Below, piece by piece: positions 33,587-41,973 of a stretch of DNA of 42,409 nucleotides (position 1 is the stretch's first letter; each line of letters opens with the position of its first letter). The stretch covers positions 1 to 42,409 of the forward strand of contig CAZZND010000004.1 of NCBI GenBank assembly GCA_964655465.1. The letters run 5' to 3'. The position numbers and the translations under genes are program-made. A model generated the notes under the pieces. It ran no database searches and was not told the origin of the DNA. It saw nothing but the letters and a program-made list of their open reading frames with translations. The stretch is from an uncultured Actinomycetes bacterium. GTDB taxonomy: Bacteria; Actinomycetota; UBA4738; HRBIN12.

Positions 33587-36139
33587 ATGAAGCTCAACCC
33601 TGAGTCCATCGCCAGGGCGAGCAGCCGCCACCCATGGCGCACACTCGTGATCTGGCTGATCGTGTTCGCCGCTGCCGGGGCTTCTTCCAGCGCGCTCCTG
33701 AGCGATGCGCTGACCACCGATTTCGATTTCACGAACACCCCCGAGGCCAAACGTGCGATCGCCGTCCTCGATGAGGTCCGACTGGAGGACGACCTCGCGA
33801 CCGAGTCCTTCATCATCACGGCGCCCGAAGGGACGAGCGTGCAAGATCCCGCGTTCGTGGCACACGTGAACGACGTGCTCGCCCTACTCACCGAGCTCGG
33901 TCCCGACGCGGTGCAAGCGGTGCCGGTCGCGTTCCCGCTCCCCGACGATGTCGCGGCCGACCCCCAGGCTGCCGCGCTGGGGCCGATCGCGTCCGAGGAC
34001 GGCACAGCCGTGCTCTTCACCGTCGTGATGGCGGGCGACGCGAACGAAGCTACCGAGGCGATCCCCAAGATCGACGCGATCGCCGAAGAGACGAGCGTCG
34101 ACGGGGCGACCACGTATTTCATCGGCCAAGCGAGCTCGACGGAGGAGTTCCGGAAGATCTCGGAGGAGGACCTGGCCGTCGGCGAAGGGCTCGGCATCCT
34201 CGCCGCCATCGTCGTGCTGCTTATCGTGTTCTCCGCGATCATCGGCGGCATGCTCCCGATCATCATGGGGGTCTTCGCGATCTCCGTGACGCTCGGGATC
34301 ATGGGGGTGATCGGACAGGTCTGGAGCTTCAGCTTCTTCGCTCCGAACCTCGTGTCGATGATGGGGCTCGCGGTCGGCATCGACTACGCACTGTTCATCG
34401 TGTCCCGCAACCGCGAGGAGCGGCATCGTGGGCTCGACAAGCTCGAGGCGATCGGACGTTCGGGCGCGACGGCGAACCGCGCGGTCTTCTTCAGCGGCCT
34501 GACCGTCGTGCTCGCGCTCGCCGGGATGCTGCTCGTGCCGACCACGATCTTCCGCAGCCTCGCCGGCGGGGCGATCATCGTCGTCCTCGTGTCGATGGCT
34601 GCGTCCATGACGTTGCTGCCGGCGCTGCTCGCGTTGTTCGGTGACTGGGTGAACTGGCCCTGGCTGCGGCGGGGGTGGACGATCCTCGCGTTCGTCGTCC
34701 TCGCGGCCGTCGCGGGTGTCATCGGTGGCGGGCTCGCGGCGGCGGGCGCGCCGCCGTTCCTTGCGGTCCTCGGTGCGGTCGCGGGGATCGTCGTCGCCGG
34801 GATCGTGCTCACGCGGTACGTGCGCGGGTCCTCGGCCGAACGGCGTCGTGGCACCCAGCGCGAGGGCGATGAGATCGATGCCAAGGGCTCGACGTTGAGC
34901 ACCGACGGCGGGTTCTGGGATCGCGTGACCCGCCAGGTCATGGGACGCCCCGTGATGTGGCTTGTCCTGGCTGCCGGCTTCTTGATCGCGCTCTCGCTTC
35001 CGTACTGGTTCCAGTCTCATCCCGACGGCGAGGGCCGGGGCATCAAGACCGGTCTCGCGGGCATCAGCAGCTTGCCCGACGAGGTCCAGGCCAAGCAGGC
35101 CTTCAACCTGCTGATCTCGAGGTTCCCGCAAGCAGGGCTGCAGAGCGCGGCCGAGGTCGTGATCCAGGGCGACGCGGACGAAGCGAAGATCGCGGCACTG
35201 TCGGAGGCCATCGCCGACGATGCTCGATTCGCACCTCCGCTCCCGGCGATCACCACCGAGGACGGCTCGGTCACGCTCGTGCGGATCCCGCTGGCGGGGC
35301 TGGCGGCCGACGGCCAGAACGAGGCTGCCATCAGCGCCATCACCGACCTGCGGACGACCTACGTGCCGGAGGTGTTCGGCGAGGAGGCCCGCCAGCTGGG
35401 TGCGCCCAACGCTGTCCTGGTGGGAGGCGAGACGGCCTTCGTGAAGGACTTCTTCGACATCTCGGAGACGTACACGCCGCTGATCATCCTGCTCGTGCTT
35501 GCCCTCTCGTTCGTGTTGCTCACGATCGTGTTCCGTTCGATCGTGGTGCCGGTGAAGGCGATCATCATGAACCTGCTATCGGTGGGCGCCGCGTACGGCC
35601 TGATCGTCCTCGTGTTCCAGCAGGGGGGGCCGGCGATCGGCGAGTCGATCGCCGGCCTGTTCGGGTTCCAGCAGGTCGAAGCGATCGAGAGCTGGCTGCC
35701 GCTGTTCCTGTTCTCGATCCTGTTCGGTCTGTCGATGGACTATCACGTGTTCCTGCTGACGCGGATCCGTGAGGAATACGACCGGACCGGTCGCAACGCC
35801 GAGGCCGTGGCCTTCGGGTTGCGGACGACGGGTGGGATCATCACCGGTGCCGCCATCATCATGGTCGCGGTGTTCGCCGGGTTCGCCGCCGGGCGGTTGA
35901 CCTCTCTCGAACAGATGGGCTTCGGCCTCGCCGTTGCCGTCCTGCTCGACGCGACGGTCGTGCGGTCGATCCTCGTGCCGTCGACGATGCGGCTGCTCGG
36001 CGACCGCAACTGGTACCTGCCGCGGTGGCTGCAGTGGCTCCCGAAGATCGACGTCGAGGGTCACGACGCGGCACTCCGGGTCGAGGTGCCCGACTCACCG
36101 GCCGAGCTGGTCGAGGCGGGCGAGCGCGGCGACGGCTGA
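33587..36139 (+). CDS. MMPL family RND-type membrane transporter
   Basis: 850 aa. Two 6-TM bundles with soluble loops. GIDYALFIVSRNREE and GLSMDYHVFLLTRIREE repeated motifs. Confidence 0.92.
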   Translation: MKLNPESIARASSRHPWRTLVIWLIVFAAAGASSSALLSDALTTDFDFTNTPEAKRAIAVLDEVRLEDDLATESFIITAPEGTSVQDPAFVAHVNDVLALLTELGPDAVQAVPVAFPLPDDVAADPQAAALGPIASEDGTAVLFTVVMAGDANEATEAIPKIDAIAEETSVDGATTYFIGQASSTEEFRKISEEDLAVGEGLGILAAIVVLLIVFSAIIGGMLPIIMGVFAISVTLGIMGVIGQVWSFSFFAPNLVSMMGLAVGIDYALFIVSRNREERHRGLDKLEAIGRSGATANRAVFFSGLTVVLALAGMLLVPTTIFRSLAGGAIIVVLVSMAASMTLLPALLALFGDWVNWPWLRRGWTILAFVVLAAVAGVIGGGLAAAGAPPFLAVLGAVAGIVVAGIVLTRYVRGSSAERRRGTQREGDEIDAKGSTLSTDGGFWDRVTRQVMGRPVMWLVLAAGFLIALSLPYWFQSHPDGEGRGIKTGLAGISSLPDEVQAKQAFNLLISRFPQAGLQSAAEVVIQGDADEAKIAALSEAIADDARFAPPLPAITTEDGSVTLVRIPLAGLAADGQNEAAISAITDLRTTYVPEVFGEEARQLGAPNAVLVGGETAFVKDFFDISETYTPLIILLVLALSFVLLTIVFRSIVVPVKAIIMNLLSVGAAYGLIVLVFQQGGPAIGESIAGLFGFQQVEAIESWLPLFLFSILFGLSMDYHVFLLTRIREEYDRTGRNAEAVAFGLRTTGGIITGAAIIMVAVFAGFAAGRLTSLEQMGFGLAVAVLLDATVVRSILVPSTMRLLGDRNWYLPRWLQWLPKIDVEGHDAALRVEVPDSPAELVEAGERGDG

Positions 36140-36150
36140 GCCGTCGCCGC
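36126..36150 (+). other. Perfect 11-bp inverted repeat whose loop is the MMPL stop codon
   Basis: GCGGCGACGGC - TGA - GCCGTCGCCGC. Confidence 0.6.
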
Positions 36151-36162
36151 GCGGGAACCTTC

Positions 36163-36189
36163 GGGAGGGGGCGCTTCGCGCCCCCTCCC
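36163..36189 (+). terminator. GC-rich intrinsic-terminator-like hairpin after the MMPL gene
   Basis: GGGAGGGGGCG-CTTCG-CGCCCCCTCCC: an 11-bp stem followed by TTCACTATCG (weak U-tract). 24 nt after the stop. Confidence 0.6.
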
Positions 36190-36217
36190 TTCACTATCGT
36201 CCCGGTAGGATCCGGCC

Positions 36218-37111
36218 GTGACGACAGCGCACGACGACCTCCGCGCCCACTTGGGTGCGCTCGGGGCTTGGACGTTCGAGCTCGATGGCCGGCCGGCGGC
36301 TGAGATCGCGGCAGCCGCCGTGGCGATCGATGCGCTCGGGCTCTCCTCCTTGTGGGTCCCCGAGGGCGGCGGCTCGACCGACGTCCTCGCGCATGTGTCG
36401 TGGCTTCTGGCGTCGACACGCACGCTGACCGTCGCGAGCGGCATCGCCAACATCACGGTCAGGCAACCCGACGCGCTCGCCAGGGGGGCCGCCCTCATCG
36501 ATGACGCCTACGGAGGACGGTTCGTCCTCGGGATCGGGGTCGGGCACGAGTACTCCACCGATCGTCGCGGGCAGCGCTGGGATCTGCCGCTCGCCCGCAC
36601 TCGCGCGTACCTCGACGGGATGGATGCGGCGGCGGGCGAGCGGCCGGCACCGCCGAGGATGCTCGCCGCGCTCGGCGACGCGATGCTCCAGCTCTCCGCC
36701 GAACGGGCGCTCGGCGCACACACGTACTTCGTCCCGCCCGAACACACGGCCTACGCTCGTGAGGTGCTCGGCCCCGAGCCCGTGCTCGCCGTCGAGCAGA
36801 CCGCGGTGCTCCGGTCGGACCCGTCCGAAGCCAGGTCGATCGCGCGGGGATGGGCGGCCGACTACCTCGAGCTGCCGAACTACGCGCGGAGCTGGGAGCG
36901 CCTCGGCTTCGCCGGTGACGTCGCTGAGGTCACGGATCGGTTGGTCGATGCCGCCGTGGCGTGGGGGAGCGTGGAGGACGTCGCGGGCCGCGTGCGGGCC
37001 CATCTCGCGGCCGGCGCGGACCACGTCTGCGTGCAGGTGATCGGCGAGGACGGTCCCGCCGGGCAACGACGGGCGCTGGAGCGGTTGGCGCCGGCGGTGC
37101 TCGAGACCTAG
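36218..37111 (+). CDS. LLM-class (luciferase-like) F420-dependent oxidoreductase
   Basis: 297 aa. LGLSSLWVPEGGGS, FVLGIGVGH and a C-terminal GADHVCVQV pattern typical of actinobacterial LLM F420 enzymes. Confidence 0.8.
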   Translation: MTTAHDDLRAHLGALGAWTFELDGRPAAEIAAAAVAIDALGLSSLWVPEGGGSTDVLAHVSWLLASTRTLTVASGIANITVRQPDALARGAALIDDAYGGRFVLGIGVGHEYSTDRRGQRWDLPLARTRAYLDGMDAAAGERPAPPRMLAALGDAMLQLSAERALGAHTYFVPPEHTAYAREVLGPEPVLAVEQTAVLRSDPSEARSIARGWAADYLELPNYARSWERLGFAGDVAEVTDRLVDAAVAWGSVEDVAGRVRAHLAAGADHVCVQVIGEDGPAGQRRALERLAPAVLET

Positions 37112-38001
37112 GTCCGCCAGATCCTGGCGACGATCGCCGGATCACGGAGCTCGCGGAGCGCGTCCCACGCGATCCAGCGGCCGCTCCGCGTGTCCATCGC
37201 GAGGATGGCCAGAGCCTCCTCGATCGCGGCGGCGTGCAGGGCCAGGTCGCGCTTCCCGATCTGACGCAGCGCCCAGCTCACGGCCTTCTTGACCTCGTTG
37301 CGGTCGTCGCTCGACGCGTCGCGGATGAGGGGCAGGTAGGCGAGGAAGTCCTCGGCCGGACGCGCCTTCGCCCACACGGCGAGCCGGGCGATCATCGAGA
37401 ACGCGCATCGTTTCGTGAAGCCGTGGCGCGACCGGGACCAGGTCCCGATCGCCCGCTCCGCGTGGCGACTCTCCGCGAACGCATCGGCGACCAGGTCGCA
37501 CACATCCCAGGAGTCGAGGTCACGCGCCCACGCGGTCATCTGGGTGAAGGTGAACCTCGCCGGCTCGGCGACCAGACCGGCAACCTGACGGGCTTCGTGG
37601 ATGCCGGTATCCCAGAGGGCTTGGGCGAGCTCGTGATCGTGATCGGCGCGCTTCGCGATCTTCCGGATGTTGGGGACGCTCACGCCGAGGGCATGGTCGA
37701 CGTCGATCCCGACGCGGGCCATCCCGGCTAGGCGCGACGGGTCGGCGGCGTCGTGCAGCGCCCCGAGCACCTCGTCGAGGGTCACGTGCCCGGCCTCGAC
37801 GGATCGACGGCGCACGCGTCGGCGCCGAGCATCGCATCGAGCCCGATCCGCCGCGGGGACGGGGCCAAGGGGCGTGTCCGCGGTCTGCATGGGTGAGAAC
37901 GCGAGGCGCCCGGACTCGTCCCAGGCCCGCAACCGGTCGGCGGACCACCGGCAGAACCCGCGGTGCTCGTCGGAGAGGGCCATCAGACGCTCGCGCGACA
38001 T
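37108..38001 (-). CDS. DNA alkylation repair protein family (AlkD/AlkC-like HEAT-repeat) with about 70-aa N-terminal extension
   Basis: GVSVPNIRKIAK, ALWDTGIHEAR, SWDVCD, NEVKKAVSWALRQIGKR blocks. The start is uncertain (38001 is the longest; internal ATG/GTG are possible). Confidence 0.7.
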   Translation of the reverse strand: MSRERLMALSDEHRGFCRWSADRLRAWDESGRLAFSPMQTADTPLGPVPAADRARCDARRRRVRRRSVEAGHVTLDEVLGALHDAADPSRLAGMARVGIDVDHALGVSVPNIRKIAKRADHDHELAQALWDTGIHEARQVAGLVAEPARFTFTQMTAWARDLDSWDVCDLVADAFAESRHAERAIGTWSRSRHGFTKRCAFSMIARLAVWAKARPAEDFLAYLPLIRDASSDDRNEVKKAVSWALRQIGKRDLALHAAAIEEALAILAMDTRSGRWIAWDALRELRDPAIVARIWRT

Positions 38002-38036
38002 GCCGCCAGCCTACGGACCTCTGAGAAGATGATCGC

Positions 38037-38426
38037 ATGCGGTGGACCGATGGCACACGCCAGGCGCGGCTGGCGTTCGTCGCCGATCTGATCGCGCTCC
38101 CGTTGTTCGTCATCGTCGGCATGGGGTCGCACCGCGAGGGCGGCGAGCTCGCAGTGTTCGCACGGAACGCGGTGCCGATCGTGGCGTGCTGGCTCGTCGC
38201 GTCGCGCGGGCTCAAGACCTATCGTCCGCCGGGGCTCGGTCGGATGATCGCGACCTGGGCGGTCGCCGTGCCCGCGGCGCTCGTCATCCGCACGGCGATC
38301 GCGGGCCAGCTGGGGAACGCCGGTGTCGTGGTCTTCTTCGGCGTCGCGCTCGCGTTCACCTTGCTCTTCCTGGGGATCGGCCGCGCTGTCGCGCTCGCGC
38401 TCGGGAGGCTCTGGGGCACCGCGTGA
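38037..38426 (+). CDS. DUF3054-like small membrane protein
   Basis: 129 aa with four hydrophobic helices. FVIVGMGSHREGG motif as I recall for DUF3054. Confidence 0.7.
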   Translation: MRWTDGTRQARLAFVADLIALPLFVIVGMGSHREGGELAVFARNAVPIVACWLVASRGLKTYRPPGLGRMIATWAVAVPAALVIRTAIAGQLGNAGVVVFFGVALAFTLLFLGIGRAVALALGRLWGTA

Positions 38427-38683
38427 ACCGCGTCGACATCCCCGCACCCGGCACCGCGCGCAGCCTCTGGCTCCAAGAGGCGCTCGCCGCCGATCCCGGC
38501 TAGCCCTGCCCACCGCTCGACGTCTACGTGAAGGCCGACGTCGCGATCGTGGACGGTGGGTTCGCCGGGTTGTGGGCCGCCGTCGTACTCACCGAACGCG
38601 AGCCGGGGATCCGGATCGTCCTGCTCGAGCAGGGAATCGTCGACGGCGGTGGGCGACGCGCCAGTGGTACCGAGACCGGTTGA
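38423..38683 (+). pseudogene. Remnant of the N-terminus of a FAD-dependent (DAO-type) oxidoreductase with an in-frame TAG
   Basis: One frame reads VNRVDIPAPGTARSLWLQEALAADPG-TAG(38501-38503)-PCPPLDVYVKADVAIVDGGFAGLWAAVVLTEREPGIRIVLLEQG..., which is a Rossmann GxGxxG dinucleotide fold. It stops at 38681-38683 with no continuation in any frame. Confidence 0.6.
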
Positions 38684-38726
38684 TCACCCGCGAGACGAAG
38701 ACCCGCCGGGCCTCGCCGTCAGCTCA

Positions 38727-39002
38727 TCAGTAGCGGTCGTCCCGGCCGCTCGGCAGCTGACCGGGGCCGGCGGGGTCATCGGGCGAGCGCTGGGTCTCGC
38801 CGATGATGATGGTCGTCGAGGGGTCCGCCGGCATGGAACGCCGCTCGGCCGCGCGGACCTCCCGCTTCAGCGCCCGCCACCCGAGCCAGCCCGCGACGAC
38901 CACCGCCAGGACGATGGCGCCGATCACGAGCAGGACGGCCTTCAGGACCGTGCCGAGGATGCCCAACACGGCGAGCACGATCAGGACGATCAAGATCCAC
39001 AT
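38727..39002 (-). CDS. Hypothetical small membrane protein
   Basis: MWILIVLIVLAVLGILGTVLKAVLLVIGAIVLAVVVAGWLGW: two hydrophobic helices followed by a charged tail. 91 aa. The track ORF to 39164 is over-extended. Confidence 0.55.
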   Translation of the reverse strand: MWILIVLIVLAVLGILGTVLKAVLLVIGAIVLAVVVAGWLGWRALKREVRAAERRSMPADPSTTIIIGETQRSPDDPAGPGQLPSGRDDRY

Positions 39003-39007
39003 GCCGA

Positions 39008-39880
39008 CTAGCTTACGGCGCGACGGACGAACGCCTCGATCCGCCGGCTGACCACGTCGGGTTGCTGGAGCGGCAGGTCGTGGATGCCCTCGATCCAAGA
39101 CACGCGTGTTGGAGCGCCGATCGCGCGCAGGGTGGCGGCATGGCGGCGCTTGGCCTCGACCCAACCGGCCTCGCCGTCACCGCAGCCGTGGGCGAGCAAC
39201 GCCTCCGCAGGCACCCGGAGGCGCGTGTGGAGCACGACCGGATCCTGCTCCCAGATCGCTCGGAGGATCCGGAAGTGGTTCGAACGGTGCAAGTGGGGGT
39301 GGATCTTCCGTTCGCGGTCGATGCGCATCACCGACAGGACGATCCGCTCGATCTCGGGGGTGACCTCGAGCGCGTCGGCCGTGAAGACGCGGATCATGCC
39401 GCGGAACTCCTCGAGCGGCATCCCGTCGAGGTGCGGCGGCGCGAGCCTGTCCTTGGCTTCCGGCCAGGTCATCTCGCTCCCGAGCGACGAGACACCGCCG
39501 TCCACCAGGAACGCCCCGTTCACGCGCCGCGGGTGATCCGCCGCGGCCTCGAGGGCGACCATGGCTCCCCAGGAATGTCCCGCGATGACCGGTCGTCGGA
39601 GCCGGGTCGCTCTCGCCACCGCGAGGAGGTCGGCGGTGACGGTGGCGAACCCGTACCCGGAGGTTGGCTTCGCGCTCTGACCGTGTCCGCGGGCGTCGTA
39701 GGTGACGACCCGGAACCGGCGCGCGAGCCGGGGGAGCATCAGGTCCCAGACCCGCTGTGACGAGGCGAGACCGTGGTGCAGGAGAAGGTGGGGGCCCGCG
39801 CCGCCGACGATCCGCGCACGCAGTCGCACGCCGTCGTCGGTTCGCACGTCGATCCAGCGCTCGTCCATACTGCGCACCAT
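39008..39880 (-). CDS. Alpha/beta hydrolase fold protein
   Basis: HHGLASS, nucleophile elbow GHSWGA, C-terminal GIHDLPLQQP. The start is ATG 39880 (MVRSMDERW) or ATG 39868 (MDERW). The track ORF to 40345 is shadow. Confidence 0.85.
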   Translation of the reverse strand: MVRSMDERWIDVRTDDGVRLRARIVGGAGPHLLLHHGLASSQRVWDLMLPRLARRFRVVTYDARGHGQSAKPTSGYGFATVTADLLAVARATRLRRPVIAGHSWGAMVALEAAADHPRRVNGAFLVDGGVSSLGSEMTWPEAKDRLAPPHLDGMPLEEFRGMIRVFTADALEVTPEIERIVLSVMRIDRERKIHPHLHRSNHFRILRAIWEQDPVVLHTRLRVPAEALLAHGCGDGEAGWVEAKRRHAATLRAIGAPTRVSWIEGIHDLPLQQPDVVSRRIEAFVRRAVS

Positions 39881-40682
39881 GGTAGAGGCCGCTCGGTCGG
39901 TGCTCGCGCCCGACGCGCACGCGGGGACGGTCGCCCTCGTCACCGGCGGCGGCACCGGGATCGGACGTGCGACGGCGCGCGCCTTCGTGCGGGCGGGCGG
40001 GCAGGTGGCGATCTGCGGTCGTCGCGAGGAACCGCTCGCCGACGCCGCGGCGGAGCTCGGCGATGCGTGTTTCACCCACGTGTGCGATGTGCGCGAGCCC
40101 GAGCAGGTGTCTGCGTTCCTCGACGCCGTCGACGCCCGGTTCGGACGGGTCGACCACCTGGTGAACAACGCGGGCGGCCAGTTCGCGGCGCCGCTCGAAC
40201 AGATCGGCCTCAAGGGCATGCGGGCGGTGCACCGGCTGAACGTCGACGCCGTGTGGGACGTCACGCAGAGGGTCGCCGTGCGATGGCTGATCCCCGCGCG
40301 GCACGGGTTCGTGGCGTTCGTGGGGTTCAGTCCGCGCCGCGGCATCCCCCTGATGATCCACTCCTCGACCGCCCGTTCGGCGCTCGAGACGCTCGCGGCG
40401 GGGACCTCGCTGGAATGGTCGCGTTACGGGATCCGTGCGGTGTGCATCGCGGCCGGCCTGATCCAGACCGAAGGGGTCACGCGGTACGGCGGGCAGGACC
40501 TGGTCGACGCGTACGCCGAGCAGGTGCCGATGAAGCGTCCCGGTACCGCGGACGAGGTCGGCCAGACCATCGCGTTCCTCGCGTCGCCGGGCGGCGGCTA
40601 CATCACGGGCACGACGGTCGTCGTCGACGGAGGTGCCGACGCCTGGGGAGCCGGGACGCTCCCGCCGCCGCTCGAGGCCTGA
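39879..40682 (+). CDS. Short-chain dehydrogenase/reductase, DECR/PECR-like (no classical YxxxK)
   Basis: VTGGGTGIGRA and NNAGG. The active-site region HSSTARSALETLAAGTSLEW resembles the dienoyl/enoyl-CoA reductase subgroup. ATG 39879. Confidence 0.85.
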   Translation: MVEAARSVLAPDAHAGTVALVTGGGTGIGRATARAFVRAGGQVAICGRREEPLADAAAELGDACFTHVCDVREPEQVSAFLDAVDARFGRVDHLVNNAGGQFAAPLEQIGLKGMRAVHRLNVDAVWDVTQRVAVRWLIPARHGFVAFVGFSPRRGIPLMIHSSTARSALETLAAGTSLEWSRYGIRAVCIAAGLIQTEGVTRYGGQDLVDAYAEQVPMKRPGTADEVGQTIAFLASPGGGYITGTTVVVDGGADAWGAGTLPPPLEA

Positions 40683-40711
40683 GGATCGAACATGAGGGTC
40701 AGACCTCTGGG

Positions 40712-41899
40712 TCAGACCTCGGCCGGCACGCGGTCGCGGGGCGCCCGCAAGCCCGCGATCACGATCCCCGCGGTGCTCGAGACGATCACGGCCATCGCCG
40801 CGCGAAGCCCGTAGGCCTGGGCGACCGCGCCGAAGATCGGAGGGCTGATCACGAAGCCGCCATAGCCGAGCGTGGTGACCGCCGTGATGGCGTTCGCCTG
40901 GTCGCGCGGGGCGACCTCCTCGACCAGACCGAACCCCGCCGGTGCGACCGCCGAGATCGCGAACCCCATGAGGATGTAGGCGGCGCCCACGACCGCGATG
41001 CTTCCCGTGAGCGCGGCGGTTGCGCCGGCGGCGGCCGCGGCGACGCCGGCGATGAGGATCGTGGTCCGGCGGCCCATCGAGAACAGCACCTTCCCCGCGA
41101 AGAGGCGGCCGAAGAACAGGGCGAGCGAGAACGCGATGAACACCCACGCGGCTGTCGTGGCGTCGGCGCCGAGCGTCTCCTGGACGTACCGGCCGGCCCA
41201 CGTGTCCATCGAGCCCTCGACGAGGAACGCGAACAGCACGACCATGCCTGCCGCGAGCAGACCCGGGTGTCGCCGGAACGCCGAGAGCGACAGCCGCCTG
41301 CGCTCCACCTCAGGGGTGGAGCGGGGATCGGCGCGGACCGCGTTCCAGGCTGCCGTCGCGAGCAGGGTCGCGGCGGCCGCGAACAGCGCGGTCCGCTCGT
41401 CGAGACCTGCCGCAGCCACCACGCCCGCGATCGCGGCGCCGGTCACCCCGCCGAGCGCGTACATCGCGTGGAGCCACTGCAGGACGGGGCGCCCGGTGGC
41501 GGCCTCGAGCCGTTGGGCGTCGACGTTCAAGAACACGTCGATGAGCCCGTTGCCGGCGCCGACGACCGCGAACGCGACCCACAGCGTGGACGATCCGACC
41601 ACCGCCATCACGATCGCGCCCACGGCGAGGACCGCGAGCGCCCCGGGGACCGTGAACGCGAGGGGGAGCCGCGACATCCGAGGTGCCACGACCGCCATCA
41701 CGATGACGGCAGCGACCGACAGCGAGGCCAGGTACAGGCCGTAGCCGGCATCGTCGACGCCGTGGCGCTCGTTGTACGCCGAGATGGCGATGACCCAGAC
41801 CCCCCAGAACTGCCCGAACGCCCAGTACCCGGCGAGGAGCGACGGGAGGTGCCGGCGATCGTGAGGATCGCCGGCGCCAGCGGGTTCGGGGTCGGTCAT
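40712..41899 (-). CDS. MFS transporter
   Basis: 395 aa from ATG 41899, with about 12 hydrophobic segments. The track ORF to 42247 runs antisense into the next gene. Confidence 0.8.
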   Translation of the reverse strand: MTDPEPAGAGDPHDRRHLPSLLAGYWAFGQFWGVWVIAISAYNERHGVDDAGYGLYLASLSVAAVIVMAVVAPRMSRLPLAFTVPGALAVLAVGAIVMAVVGSSTLWVAFAVVGAGNGLIDVFLNVDAQRLEAATGRPVLQWLHAMYALGGVTGAAIAGVVAAAGLDERTALFAAAATLLATAAWNAVRADPRSTPEVERRRLSLSAFRRHPGLLAAGMVVLFAFLVEGSMDTWAGRYVQETLGADATTAAWVFIAFSLALFFGRLFAGKVLFSMGRRTTILIAGVAAAAAGATAALTGSIAVVGAAYILMGFAISAVAPAGFGLVEEVAPRDQANAITAVTTLGYGGFVISPPIFGAVAQAYGLRAAMAVIVSSTAGIVIAGLRAPRDRVPAEV

Positions 41900-41935
41900 G
41901 CCGGCATCATGCCCGGATCGAACGGCGGGCCGAAG

Positions 41936-41966
41936 TTGACCCATCTCCCCGGCGACGGGATACACT
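41936..41966 (+). promoter_or_regulatory. Candidate promoter positioned for a leaderless ABC-ATPase transcript
   Basis: TTGACC (41936-41941), a 19-nt spacer, then TACACT (41961-41966). The -10 element ends 7 nt before ATG 41974. Confidence 0.3.
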
Positions 41967-41973
41967 CCGCGAT

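Noticed and set aside
38501-38503. In-frame TAG as programmed read-through or pyrrolysine
   Set aside because: No pyl genes or PYLIS-like context are present. The ORF also terminates prematurely 60 codons later, and the rest of the enzyme is missing. Simple pseudogenisation is the economical explanation.
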